Shown here: piece by piece, positions 45,242 through 54,933 of the stretch | Layout: each line of letters begins with the position of its first letter | How positions within the stretch are numbered: the stretch's first letter is position 1 | NCBI GenBank assembly: GCA_963810095.1 | Contig: CAWEMM010000012.1 | Coordinates: 384,001 to 448,000, forward strand | DNA length: 64,000 nucleotides | Direction of reading: 5' to 3' | Source of the DNA: an uncultured Chloroflexia bacterium | GTDB taxonomy: Bacteria; Chloroflexota; Anaerolineae; CG2-30-64-16 | The notes under the pieces: generated by a model | What the model saw: only the letters and a program-made list of their open reading frames with translations | Told to the model about the DNA's origin: nothing | Databases searched by the model: none | Translations under genes and position numbers: made by a program

Positions 45242-46429
45242 ATGAGCGGGCTGGTTCACGAGAAGGCCGCACAGGCCCAGGAGATCATGCGCGAGCTCGA
45301 AATCGACGCCTGGCTCACGTTCGTCAGGGAGACCACGGCCGTGCGCGACCCGGTCCTGTCCCTCATTCACGGGCCCGGCAGCCTCACCTGGCAGAGCGCG
45401 CTGCTCTTTTCGTCGTCGGGAGAGCGCCTTGCGATCGTAGGTCACTACGAAGCGCACGCGGCGGAACAGACCGGCGTATTCGACCGGGTCACCGGCTATC
45501 ACGAATCGCTCCGTCCGCCGCTGCTCGAAACGTTGGCCCGGTGGGACCCTCAGCGTGTTGCGATCAATTACGCACTCGACGACGTGCACGCCGACGGCCT
45601 GACCCACGGCATGTACCTGGCCTTGCTCGACTTGCTGACGGGAACGCCCTTTTACGACCGGCTGGTATCCGCCGGCCCGCTGATCGGCGCACTGCGCGCA
45701 CGGAAAACCGCGAGCGAGGTGGCACGGATCCGGGCTGCGGTAGAGACGACCGAACTGATTTATGCGCGCGCCTTCGACTACATTCAACCCGGCATCACGG
45801 AGTCGGATATCAGCGACTTCATGCACGACCAAATGGCCGCACTGGGCGTCGAAGCGGCCTGGGACTACGAGGGGTGCCCCATTGTGAATGCGGGACCCGA
45901 TTCTCCGGTTGGGCACGGCACGCCCGGGCACCTGGAGGTCCGGCGCGGCCAGATCGTGCACCTGGACTTCGGCGTGCGCCAGGACGATTACTGCTCCGAC
46001 ATCCAGCGTGTTGTCTATCTGCTGGCCGAAGACGAGACCGAGGCGCCCGAGCCGGTTCGCCGGGGCTTTGCCGTGGTGCGTGCGGCAGTCGAGGCCGCCG
46101 TGGCCGCTTGCCGGCCGGGCGTGCAGGGAGTGGAAGTAGACGCGGCCGCCCGGCAGGTGATCACCGGGGCCGGCTATGAGGAATACAAATATGCCACCGG
46201 GCACGGCTTGGGGCGCCAGGCTCACGACGGCGGCCCGTTGCTGGGCCCGGCCTGGGAGCGGTACGGCTCTGCACCGTATCAGAAAGTGGAGGCGGGGCAC
46301 GTGTACACGATTGAGCCGGGTCTGGCGGTTCCGGGTTACGGTTATCTCGGCCTGGAAGAAGACGTCCTGGTAACCGCGGCCGGCGCCGAATACCTGGGCC
46401 GGCCCCAGCCGACGCTGGTGATCAAATAA
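45242..46429 (+). CDS. M24 family Xaa-Pro peptidase
   Basis: RARKT, HLDFG, YCSDIQR, GHGLG, HD, TIEPG, LEEDV. Confidence 0.9.
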   Translation: MSGLVHEKAAQAQEIMRELEIDAWLTFVRETTAVRDPVLSLIHGPGSLTWQSALLFSSSGERLAIVGHYEAHAAEQTGVFDRVTGYHESLRPPLLETLARWDPQRVAINYALDDVHADGLTHGMYLALLDLLTGTPFYDRLVSAGPLIGALRARKTASEVARIRAAVETTELIYARAFDYIQPGITESDISDFMHDQMAALGVEAAWDYEGCPIVNAGPDSPVGHGTPGHLEVRRGQIVHLDFGVRQDDYCSDIQRVVYLLAEDETEAPEPVRRGFAVVRAAVEAAVAACRPGVQGVEVDAAARQVITGAGYEEYKYATGHGLGRQAHDGGPLLGPAWERYGSAPYQKVEAGHVYTIEPGLAVPGYGYLGLEEDVLVTAAGAEYLGRPQPTLVIK

Positions 46430-46633
46430 GAGCGGGGCCGCCGCGAATCAGCCGGACAACGGCGAACTGCCAGAAACGCGGCGTGTGGCAGGTCGTCCAA
46501 AGTCGCTGAACTCGCGGCGGCCCCACGGCTGCCGATCATTGTCTCTGGCGCAGAAATGGACTGGAGCAGCCCGGCGGCGGCAAAGCTCAGCCCGCGTTAG
46601 CGCGAGCTGAGCGTGACGCCAATCCGCCGCCAA

Positions 46634-47038
46634 TCAGTTCTTCGACTGCGTCAGGTACTGCGCGCGGCGCACCCACCCGTTCACCATTGCGAGCGCAGGA
46701 ATGCGCCCGACGAGTTTCTTCTCTTCGTTGACCTTGTTCAACCGCTCGCGAAGATCCTCGGGTTTGACCAGGGCAAGCTCTTCGGCGCTGTGCACGCCCA
46801 CCTCTTCGAGGAGCACGATGTAGGCGTCGCCGATGCCGCGTATGCGTTCGAGGTCGGCCCGGTGGACGATGGTGACGAGTTGGTCGGGGGCCACCCCCGT
46901 CGCCACGGCCAGCTTCTCCACGCCATTGTTATCGGCGCAGGCTGCCAGCAAGTCGTCCGTGTACTTAATCCCGTAAGCTTTCAGGCGGGCTTCGGAGGCG
47001 TCGTCCATGCCATAGAGTTTGTTCAGCATCATCGTCAT
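46634..47038 (-). CDS. DUF4332-like helix-hairpin-helix protein
   Basis: ADLERIRGIG...LLEEVGV...ELA...P...W; AAGGAG SD. Confidence 0.75.
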   Translation of the reverse strand: MTMMLNKLYGMDDASEARLKAYGIKYTDDLLAACADNNGVEKLAVATGVAPDQLVTIVHRADLERIRGIGDAYIVLLEEVGVHSAEELALVKPEDLRERLNKVNEEKKLVGRIPALAMVNGWVRRAQYLTQSKN

Positions 47039-47069
47039 CGGTGGGGCTCCTTCAACTTGTCGTGACTCG

Positions 47070-47098
47070 ATTCTACAGAAGTTGCCCCGGCGGCACAA
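47070..47098 (-). promoter_or_regulatory. Sigma70-type promoter of the DUF4332 gene
   Basis: TTGTGC-17 nt-TAGAAT on minus strand. Confidence 0.5.
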
Positions 47099-47122
47099 CG
47101 GGAGCCCTCTCTATTTCTAGGT

Positions 47123-47149
47123 AAAATAAAGACCGCCTTAAGGGCGGTC
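47123..47149 (-). terminator. Intrinsic terminator ending the GH3/two-component operon
   Basis: GACCGCC-CTTAA-GGCGGTC-TTTATTTT on minus strand. Confidence 0.7.
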
Positions 47150-47200
47150 AAAGTAGTATAGATGACGCGGTTCCATTAAGTATTTTTGACAATACCCTGC

Positions 47201-47860
47201 TCAGCCTCCGGGCGGCGTCACCAGCCCCTCGCGCATCGCATAGAGTGCGGCCTGTGTCCGGTTCGAGAGCCCCAGTTTGTCGAGGATGCGGCTGATGTGG
47301 GCCCCCACGGTCCGTTCGCTGATGGCCAGCAGCTCGGCGATCTCGCTGTTCGAGTGACCCACCGCCACCAGCTTCAGCACCTCGATCTCGCGGTCACTTA
47401 ACGGCTCGTCGGGCCTTGCGACGGGTGTGTTCGAGCGGTGCACCTGGCGCACCAGCTTTTGCGCCACGTCAGAGCTGAGGGATGGCTGGCCCCGGCTGAC
47501 GTTCTTGATCGCGTCGAGCAGCTCCTCCGGCGAGCAGTCCTTGAGCACGTAGCCCAGCGCGCCGGCTCGTACGGCCGCAAAGACCCGTTCATCTTCGGAG
47601 AAGCTCGTCAGGACCAGGATGCCGGGCGCGGGCTTGAGCTTTTTGAGAGCCGGGATCGCGGACAGCCCATCGGCAACGGGCATCGACAAGTCAAGCAGCA
47701 CCACATCGGGTTGCAGTGCGCGGGCGCGCTCGAGGGCCGACTCACCGTTGTCTGCCTCACCGACAATTTCTATTTCGGAGGTAGTCCGCAGCAGTGAGAT
47801 AAGGCCCTTGCGCACCAATCGGTGGTCGTCGACGACCAGCACGCGAATCATGTGGTTCAT
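47201..47860 (-). CDS. NarL/LuxR-family response regulator
   Basis: VDDH, LDLSMP, LSDREIEVL, SNSEIA, ISERTV, NRTQAA. Confidence 0.95.
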   Translation of the reverse strand: MNHMIRVLVVDDHRLVRKGLISLLRTTSEIEIVGEADNGESALERARALQPDVVLLDLSMPVADGLSAIPALKKLKPAPGILVLTSFSEDERVFAAVRAGALGYVLKDCSPEELLDAIKNVSRGQPSLSSDVAQKLVRQVHRSNTPVARPDEPLSDREIEVLKLVAVGHSNSEIAELLAISERTVGAHISRILDKLGLSNRTQAALYAMREGLVTPPGG

Positions 47861-49056
47861 GCTCCGCCCCCTAACTCCGGTTCCTGACTCCCGACGGCAA
47901 ACCGGTCGATCCGAAGCGTCACCGTGGTCCCCCGGTGCGGCTCGCTGCGGACCAGGACGCCTCCACCCAGGCGTGCGGCGCGTTCCTGCATGCCCACGAG
48001 GCCCAGGCCGCCGCTCCGAATGACCGTATTTTGATCAAATCCGACGCCATTGTCAGCCACTGCCAGGATCAGCTCGTTGCCCTGTGTGCACAACTCAACC
48101 GACACTTCCGTCGCCCGCGCGTGCTTGAGGGAGTTATTAAGGGCCTCCATCGCAACCCGGTAAGCGCCTTCTTCGGCCGCGGGCGACAACAGCAATTCGG
48201 CAGGCGCGATCAATGTCGCATGCACCCCGGCGCGCAGTTCGACCGCGTCGAGCCGGTAGCGCAGTGCTGCGGGCAGGCCGCCATGGTCCAACAGCGGCGA
48301 CCGCAGTTGGTACAGCAGCAGCCGCAGGTCCTTCAGCGCCTGCCGGGCAATCGCTTCGACCTCGCCCAGCGTCTCGTCGATGGGCGGCGGTGCGCCGTGC
48401 TGGGCAGCAGAGCGGGCAGCCTGGGTGGTGAAGATCAGGCTGAAAATCGACTGCGTGACCGAGTCGTGGATATCCTGCGCCAGCCGCCGGCGCTCCTCCT
48501 GCACGGCCGCCCGCTCGGCCTGGGCGCGTTCCCGTGCCGCGATCTCGAGGCGCAGCTTTTCGTTGACGACGGTCAACTCTTCGTTCAGCCGCACGAGCTC
48601 GGTCGTGCGCTCTGCCACCCGCGTCTCGAGCTCATTCTGATGGCTCCGCAACTGCGCCTCGTCGTCCCGCAGTTTCTTCTCCACCCGATGGCGGTACAGG
48701 GCAATTTCAATCGTTATGTTAAGTTCGCGATCTTCGAATGGCTTGATCACATAACCGAAAGGCTGTGAGATCCGTGCCCGCTCGATGGTCGCCGGGTCTG
48801 CGTAAGCCGTCAGAAAGACGACGGGGAGGTCATACTCGGCAATGATACGCTCGGCGATCTCGATACCCGACGCCGAGCCTCTCAGGCGTATGTCCATCAG
48901 CACGATGTCCGGCTTCGAAGCAGCCACGATGGCCAGCGCCTCCGCGCCGGTAAACGCGGGTCCGGCCACCTGGTAGCCCATTATGCCCAGCCGGTGCTGG
49001 ATGTCGAGCGCGACGATGCTTTCGTCCTCGACGACCAAGACGGTTGTCCCTGGCAT
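47857..49056 (-). CDS. Hybrid REC-coiled coil-HisKA_3/HATPase histidine kinase
   Basis: VEDE, MDIRL, KPF receiver; ERRRLAQDIHDSVTQ H-box; EALNNSLKHA, DNGVGF, GLVGMQER. Confidence 0.9.
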   Translation of the reverse strand: MPGTTVLVVEDESIVALDIQHRLGIMGYQVAGPAFTGAEALAIVAASKPDIVLMDIRLRGSASGIEIAERIIAEYDLPVVFLTAYADPATIERARISQPFGYVIKPFEDRELNITIEIALYRHRVEKKLRDDEAQLRSHQNELETRVAERTTELVRLNEELTVVNEKLRLEIAARERAQAERAAVQEERRRLAQDIHDSVTQSIFSLIFTTQAARSAAQHGAPPPIDETLGEVEAIARQALKDLRLLLYQLRSPLLDHGGLPAALRYRLDAVELRAGVHATLIAPAELLLSPAAEEGAYRVAMEALNNSLKHARATEVSVELCTQGNELILAVADNGVGFDQNTVIRSGGLGLVGMQERAARLGGGVLVRSEPHRGTTVTLRIDRFAVGSQEPELGGGA

Positions 49057-49123
49057 GGCAAGTCCATTCTTCGTTACGTTCATCTCAAACATCAATTCTT
49101 ACAGACCATCCTTACGGTCATCA

Positions 49124-51202
49124 TTACGGAGCTTCCGGGTGAAATGACACCAGGAAGCGAGTGCCTGCGCCGTTGGTAATCTCCAGCGACCCGTCCAGTT
49201 GCCTGACGAGCCCGCCCACCAGTTGCATGCCCAGGGTGTTTGGCTCCTTCTTCTCACCCGTCACAAAGCGCGGCATGCCAATGCCGTCGTCGGAGACCTC
49301 CAGCTCGACCTCGCCGCCCGGCGCACTGCAGATGCCGACGCGCAGGACGCCCTCACGCCGGCCCACAAAAGCGTGCTTGAGCGCGTTCGCGATGAGCTCG
49401 CTGGCAATCAGCGCGCAAGGCAGCGCGGTGTCCAGCGGCAGGCGGATCGGCGCCGTGTTGACAATCAGGCGGACCGACCGGTCGCCCGTCGCATAAGAAC
49501 GGTGCAGCTGGGCCGACAGGGTGCGCAAATACTCGCCAAAGTCGATGTCCGCCAGGTTCTCCGACTGGTACAGCTTCTCATGAATGAGCGCCATGGAGCG
49601 GATCCGATTCTGGCTGTCGCGCAGCACCTCGAGTGTGCCCTGGTCGTAGGCGTACTGCGCCTGCAGGCTGAGCAAGCTGTAAATTACCTGCAGGTTGTTC
49701 TTCACGCGATGGTGAATTTCTTTGAGCAGCACTTCCTTCTCGTGCAGCGACTCGAGCAGGCGTTCTTCGGCGCGCTGTTGTTCGGCAAGCTGCTGCTGAA
49801 CGGTCGCGTACAGGCGTGCGTTCTCGACCGCTACGGCCGTTTGATTGGCCAGCGTCATCAAGACAGTCTCATCGTCCGTGCCGTACTCGACGCCAGAGCG
49901 CTTCTGCCCGACGGCCAGCAATCCAACCAGCGCGCCCTTGGTCGTCACCGGCACGAGGAGTTCGGCGCCCAACTGCTCCCACCGTTCACGCTCTTCCAGG
50001 CGAAAGGCACGCGCCAATGGCAGGCGATCCAGCTCCCGCGCCGCAAAAACCTCGTTGTGCGCGGTGAGGTGCGTGATCAGGGGGTGATCTGCACGCAGCC
50101 GCCACTTGGCGCCCTGCACCGGCAAGTTCGCCTCCATGCCCCGCTCCGCGGCAACGTCGTAGCCCCCCGTTGAGTTTTTGAGATAGAAAACCGCCCGCTC
50201 GATATGCATCGTTTCGCAGACTTCGGTCACGATCATCTCGGTCAACGTCCGGGCGTCGAGCAGGGCCGCCGAATTGGCGCTCACGCGTCGTAACATCTGC
50301 GACGCGTCGTACTTGTCGCGAAAGAAGAGCTTGTCGACCCTGGCCTGCATCACATCCCGCAGGGGCTGGACGAGCACCGCAGCGACCGCGGCCAGGACGA
50401 CCGACAGGAGGAACACCTGGTAGCCCGCCACAAGGTGGAGCACCTGCACGGCCAGCGACACCAGGAGGAAGTAGACCGTCCCGACGATCACGGTCGTGAT
50501 CGAATAACGCAGACCTCGCCGCAGGACGAGTTGGATGTCAAGCAGCCGGTAACGCAGGATGGCAAACGCGACCAGCGCGGCGTTCGCCATGTTTGTCATT
50601 GCGTCGATGGGGTATGCGCGCAGCGCCGGGCTGAAGTTTGCCACGCTCCCCAGGATGACGAGCGGTACCCCGATAATCAGGTAGGTCAACCGGTTGCGCT
50701 CGTTCGGCGAGGTAGTGGTTCGCCAGCCGCGCAACAGATACACGAACGCGTAGGCCAGGTAGAGCCACACCGCGAGGCCCAGGACGACCGCGACCACGCC
50801 TAGATTAGGGAGAATCAGCGCCGTATCAGGTTCGGTGTAGACACCCGAGATCACCTCGGGTCCGTCCAGGAAGGTGTAGAGGGGGGCTGCTAGAACGACA
50901 GCGTACCCCAGCGGTACGAGCCAGCGTGCGGTCTTGATATCCAGCAGCTCGCGCACAAACAGAGCATAAAAGAAGCCAAGCGATACGGCGAAGGCCGCCA
51001 CCAGCCGGTAACCGGTCACGGCAACGTCGGGGTCCGTCGTGAAGGCAACGATGGTGTAGCCCGCCTGCCAGATCGTCATGCCGATCAGGTACAACAGAAA
51101 ATAGCGCGCTGCGGGCCGGCGGCGGGCACGCTTGAACACGAGGGCGATGAGGGAGGCGTAGCAGAGCAGGGCGAGGACGCAAACTGCTTGTACTGCCGTC
51201 AA
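49124..51202 (-). CDS. Membrane sensor histidine kinase (HisKA_7TM-like multi-TM, GAF, HisKA_2, HATPase)
   Basis: About 9 hydrophobic helices; GAF ...TLANQTAVAVENARLY; EIHHRVKNNLQ; DDGIG; AGGAGG before TTG start. Confidence 0.9.
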   Translation of the reverse strand: MTAVQAVCVLALLCYASLIALVFKRARRRPAARYFLLYLIGMTIWQAGYTIVAFTTDPDVAVTGYRLVAAFAVSLGFFYALFVRELLDIKTARWLVPLGYAVVLAAPLYTFLDGPEVISGVYTEPDTALILPNLGVVAVVLGLAVWLYLAYAFVYLLRGWRTTTSPNERNRLTYLIIGVPLVILGSVANFSPALRAYPIDAMTNMANAALVAFAILRYRLLDIQLVLRRGLRYSITTVIVGTVYFLLVSLAVQVLHLVAGYQVFLLSVVLAAVAAVLVQPLRDVMQARVDKLFFRDKYDASQMLRRVSANSAALLDARTLTEMIVTEVCETMHIERAVFYLKNSTGGYDVAAERGMEANLPVQGAKWRLRADHPLITHLTAHNEVFAARELDRLPLARAFRLEERERWEQLGAELLVPVTTKGALVGLLAVGQKRSGVEYGTDDETVLMTLANQTAVAVENARLYATVQQQLAEQQRAEERLLESLHEKEVLLKEIHHRVKNNLQVIYSLLSLQAQYAYDQGTLEVLRDSQNRIRSMALIHEKLYQSENLADIDFGEYLRTLSAQLHRSYATGDRSVRLIVNTAPIRLPLDTALPCALIASELIANALKHAFVGRREGVLRVGICSAPGGEVELEVSDDGIGMPRFVTGEKKEPNTLGMQLVGGLVRQLDGSLEITNGAGTRFLVSFHPEAP

Positions 51203-51237
51203 TGCATGACCTCCTGTGCCATAGGGGCTGCCTGCGG

Positions 51238-52878
51238 TTACGGAGCCGCGTGACCACCCTTGGCCACGCCGTCGCTAAGCGCCAGCAACCGCGTCATCGT
51301 GCTGTCGCCGGGTTGCATCCGCGGCGGCTTGAGATGACCCAACTCGGCGCCTTCCTGCCGCTTAACCTCCATATAAGCCTTGAAAGTCCCCGGTGTCAAG
51401 CGCGTGACCCGCACGGGATTCCGGCCCGTGATGCCGAACGTCGTCTTGTAGTCGTCCATCGTATCGATGAGCGCGCCGTGCAGATCAGTGGCGAGGTTAC
51501 TGCGAGATCCGTTCGCCGACTCCAGGTACACGTGTACGACGGGGCCCTCGGCCGGGCTGACTTCCTTGCGCGCAATCCAGTCCGTCATGGGAAGGTCAAG
51601 GTGAGCGAATGCCTGCCACAGCGAGCGCTCGGTCAGCATGACCATGGAGCCCAGGTCGATCAGGTCATCCGCGCGAGACTCCACGACAATCTGTGGCAGC
51701 TTGATGTCCAACTCGGGATCGCTCGTGCTCACGACCCGGATCAAGTCGCCCAGGAAGTAGCGAACAAAGACGCCGCCCAGCAGGCTGGTCCCGATCAACA
51801 CGTAGCGCCCCGGCTGGAGCTCGTCCGTCAGACACGTATGCGGCTGGTACGAGCGGTCGTGCCGCCAAACCTGGTATTCGCTCTCGGGCATGAACTCCCA
51901 GAAGGCCGTATCGGGCGAGAGGATTTTGCCCTTGGAGCGGCCCCCCCAGCTCTGCACTGCGACCCCGCCGAACTCCGTGCAGCCGTAACCGTCGAAGACG
52001 CGTGCGCCCCAAAGCGCTTCGATAGGCTTCCGGTAGGCTTCGACATCCATGCCGCCGACCGTAATCCCCTTGGGGCTCCAGAAGTGCTTCGGTTGCAGCG
52101 GCTCCTTGCGCAGCTTGCTTCTCAGCAATGCGCGCCCCATGCGGGACATGGCCCGGGGCTTCAGCATGTCGCCCGAGAGGCGCATGCTGCCCGATCGCTT
52201 TGAAAAGGACTCGCCCATGGCCAGGAGCACCGAGCCGATGCCCAGAAAGTAGTCGATTCCCGTATCCATTGCCAGCGTGAATGCCCGCGACATGCGTTCC
52301 TGGAACTCCATCGCCTCCGCTTCCTCGATCTCGGGGACAAAGCGGAATGGGAATTCATCGCGGCCGGCGCGCAGGATCGTGCCCGACAGGTAGGGCGGCG
52401 GGGCAACGGTGTAAAGGTAGACGTCGCCCTCAGAAATGTTGACATCCCCGTGGTGCCGCGCGCCCGACAAGATCTGGCAACTGAGGAAGTAGCGCCCGAG
52501 GCTTTCGTAGAAAGCCTTGGGCACGGGAACCCACTTACAGGCAAACTCCCCGGTGCGCCCCGAGGTCCGCACCCAGGTCACCGGCTTGGCGGGCAACACG
52601 TCGTCTCGTTGTTCGGCCAGTTCCGGCAGGTAGTCGTGGTAGGTGGTGACCGGCACCAGCCGGCGAAAATCCTCGACAGTGGCAGGCTTCTGGCTGTGGA
52701 GCAATCGCCGCCCCAACTCCGAGCCCTGCAGCAACTCCAGCTGCTCGAGCAGCAACCGGCGCTGGATGTGCATGAACTCATCCAGAGACAGCTCCACGTG
52801 ACCGCAGTAAGTCTGCCAGATCTCTGCCGTGCGCCCCTGGCGCAGCAGATCTGCCGCCTTTAGCGTTGCGCTCCCCAT
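51238..52878 (-). CDS. GH3-family (auxin-responsive-like) acyl-adenylate/amide synthetase
   Basis: FRRLVPVTTYHDY; motif I RTSGRTG...K; motif II YGCTE; motif III RYFLGD; C-terminal KPPR. Confidence 0.82.
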   Translation of the reverse strand: MGSATLKAADLLRQGRTAEIWQTYCGHVELSLDEFMHIQRRLLLEQLELLQGSELGRRLLHSQKPATVEDFRRLVPVTTYHDYLPELAEQRDDVLPAKPVTWVRTSGRTGEFACKWVPVPKAFYESLGRYFLSCQILSGARHHGDVNISEGDVYLYTVAPPPYLSGTILRAGRDEFPFRFVPEIEEAEAMEFQERMSRAFTLAMDTGIDYFLGIGSVLLAMGESFSKRSGSMRLSGDMLKPRAMSRMGRALLRSKLRKEPLQPKHFWSPKGITVGGMDVEAYRKPIEALWGARVFDGYGCTEFGGVAVQSWGGRSKGKILSPDTAFWEFMPESEYQVWRHDRSYQPHTCLTDELQPGRYVLIGTSLLGGVFVRYFLGDLIRVVSTSDPELDIKLPQIVVESRADDLIDLGSMVMLTERSLWQAFAHLDLPMTDWIARKEVSPAEGPVVHVYLESANGSRSNLATDLHGALIDTMDDYKTTFGITGRNPVRVTRLTPGTFKAYMEVKRQEGAELGHLKPPRMQPGDSTMTRLLALSDGVAKGGHAAP

Positions 52879-53615
52879 GTTTCAAAGCTCCGGTCGGGAT
52901 GGTTGGCACGAGCCACGATCAAGATGCCGGGCGGATACCACTGCCGGCGAGCGGGAAGAATGGTTTCCCCTGTGGGCGTAAAGCCGGCCTGGGCCACTTC
53001 CTGGCGCCATTGGTCCGGCGTCCGCATGTTAGCCAATGAGTCCTTCTCAGCCGCGCTGCGCGTTGGGTCTTCACGCCGGGTATACCACCACGCCAGCACA
53101 CGCAGCACGCGCCGCCCGATGGGCGTGCACCACAGGGATGCTAAAGCCACATCGGCAACCAGCAGTTGCCCACCCGGCCGCAGCACCCGGCGCATTTCTG
53201 CAAGCAGGACGGCCAGCCGCATGTGGTGGGTAGCGAGGACGCACACGGCCGTGTCGAAAGTTCCGCTGGCGAATGGGAGCTGCATGCCCGAGCCGCACGT
53301 CAGCCTCACAGACGCGGGCGAGCCCGCATCGACCAATTTCTCTTCAGCGCTGCGAAGCATACGGGGGGTAATATCCAAACCAACCACCCGTCCGCGCCAC
53401 TCATCGCGCTCAACCAGTGCGAGTGGAATGACTGCTTGCCCGGTGGCTACGTCGAGCACTGCGTGCGCGTGCTCCAGGTCGAGACGGCCGAGCAGCATCT
53501 CGACGAGCCTGCGATAGCCGATACCCCAGAATTCCCGCAGCTCGCGATCGACCGTCTCCTCGTAGTGAGGCGCCATCTCGGTGAAGGCGTCGACGATGAC
53601 CTGGTTTTCGCTCAC
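52860..53615 (-). CDS. Class I SAM-dependent methyltransferase (UbiE-like)
   Basis: VLDVATGQA, VGLDITPRML, LPFASGTFD, EMRRVLRPGG; overlaps the GH3 start. Confidence 0.88.
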   Translation of the reverse strand: MSENQVIVDAFTEMAPHYEETVDRELREFWGIGYRRLVEMLLGRLDLEHAHAVLDVATGQAVIPLALVERDEWRGRVVGLDITPRMLRSAEEKLVDAGSPASVRLTCGSGMQLPFASGTFDTAVCVLATHHMRLAVLLAEMRRVLRPGGQLLVADVALASLWCTPIGRRVLRVLAWWYTRREDPTRSAAEKDSLANMRTPDQWRQEVAQAGFTPTGETILPARRQWYPPGILIVARANHPDRSFETWGAQR

Positions 53616-53724
53616 GGGGCACCTGGAAACACGCGGGTAACAGCGCGGCTAGTCATACTGATGATACGATAAGACCAGTGAAAGTGCAACATCGCACCAC
53701 GCGTGGAAAGGGGACTTGCCGATG

Positions 53725-53753
53725 AAAAAAGACCGGCAGGCAGCCGGTCTTTT
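53725..53753. terminator. Bidirectional intrinsic terminator at the end of the sugar operon
   Basis: AAAAAA-GACCGGC-AGGCA-GCCGGTC-TTTT. Confidence 0.8.
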
Positions 53754-53778
53754 CGAAGCGGAGGGCACGCCCTCGCAC

Positions 53779-54813
53779 CTAGTCTCGCAGCAGATGATCC
53801 AGGATCAGCCAGTCCAGTTCCTCGTAATCGCGGGCGGCGACGAGTTGCTGGACGCGCGTCCGATCAAGCGAGCGGCTCAGCTCTACCAGCCGCAGGAACA
53901 TCATGATCGAGTTGCGCAGATGCTTGGTGGCCAGCGCGGCGGGCTGCGTACGCAGCGCCTTAACGTCCAGGCCTACCATGCCCACGTTTGAAAAGTGGTT
54001 CTCGTCCAGAACCCGCACCTGGTTGAACGCCCGGCGGATATCGACCGCCCCAAACGAGCGATCCTGGTCGAACTTGAGCCCGTTCTGGTCGTTCAGGTGT
54101 ACGCTCCACAGCTTACCGAACGCCATCGCGTAGCCGATTTCGTCAGAGGGATCCAGCCCCGCCAGAATCGAGTGGGCGGATTCCATCAGCACGCCGACCC
54201 GCTTCGGGTCGTCGCTCTGGAAGCCAAGCGCGAGCGCGTGGCCCATCGTGGGGATGTACGCGAGATCCATCGGCTCATTCGGCTTCGGCTCGATGATGAT
54301 CCGAATGTGCTTGTCATAGCCCAGCAGCGCATTGACGGCTTCGAGCAGGTAGTGCGTCGAGCGGACGACGTCCTTGCTTTCGCGCATGTAGGTGCCTTCG
54401 CGCGCGAGCCAGAGAACAATCAGGTTGCAGCCAAGCTCGCGCGCGATGTCCGCGCACTGCTTGGTGCGGTCGACGGCATAGCGGCGCTCTTCCGCGTTGT
54501 TCGAGGTATAGCCGCCGTCGATCGTGCGCGGGTTCTCCCACAGCCGAGGTGCCACAAACTCAGCCACCAGGCCGTGATCTTCCAGCATCTGGCGCACCTG
54601 GCTGGCTGCCCGGCCCACCTGGGTTGGGGAGAGCTCGTCCAGGTTGGGGACCGCGTCGTCGTCATGGAACTGCACCGCGTCAAAGCCCAGTTGCTTGTAC
54701 AGCGGCAGCTTCTGGGCAAACGCCAGCCCCGGCCGAACCTCAGGCCCGAACGGATCCGCTCCCTCGTGAATGTTCCAGGGACCAAAGGAAAAGCGATAGC
54801 CGTATTTCTCCAT
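53779..54813 (-). CDS. Xylose isomerase-like protein (class I-like)
   Basis: FSFGPW, ADPFG, FHDDD, EPKPNEP, HLNDQ, FDQD. Confidence 0.8.
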   Translation of the reverse strand: MEKYGYRFSFGPWNIHEGADPFGPEVRPGLAFAQKLPLYKQLGFDAVQFHDDDAVPNLDELSPTQVGRAASQVRQMLEDHGLVAEFVAPRLWENPRTIDGGYTSNNAEERRYAVDRTKQCADIARELGCNLIVLWLAREGTYMRESKDVVRSTHYLLEAVNALLGYDKHIRIIIEPKPNEPMDLAYIPTMGHALALGFQSDDPKRVGVLMESAHSILAGLDPSDEIGYAMAFGKLWSVHLNDQNGLKFDQDRSFGAVDIRRAFNQVRVLDENHFSNVGMVGLDVKALRTQPAALATKHLRNSIMMFLRLVELSRSLDRTRVQQLVAARDYEELDWLILDHLLRD

Positions 54814-54844
54814 GCTGCTCTCCTCGACGGGGAATATCCGGCCG

Positions 54845-54925
54845 ACCACCAAGTCACCAAGACACGAGGCTACACCAGGGCTTTGCGGGCCGTTGTGCAG
54901 GGTTGTGTCTTCGTGTCTTGGTGGT
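54845..54925. repeat. 8-nt-period inverted-repeat element
   Basis: ACCACCAAGTCACCAAGACACGAGG...GTGTCTTCGTGTCTTGGTGGT. Confidence 0.6.
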
Positions 54926-54933
54926 CGACGCCG

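Noticed and set aside
46434-46612. ncRNA between the convergent peptidase and DUF4332 genes
   Set aside because: Only inverted repeats (GGGGCCGCCGCGA/TCGCGGCGGCCCC; GCTCAGC...GCTGAGC) consistent with terminator/REP hairpins; no recognisable RNA family.
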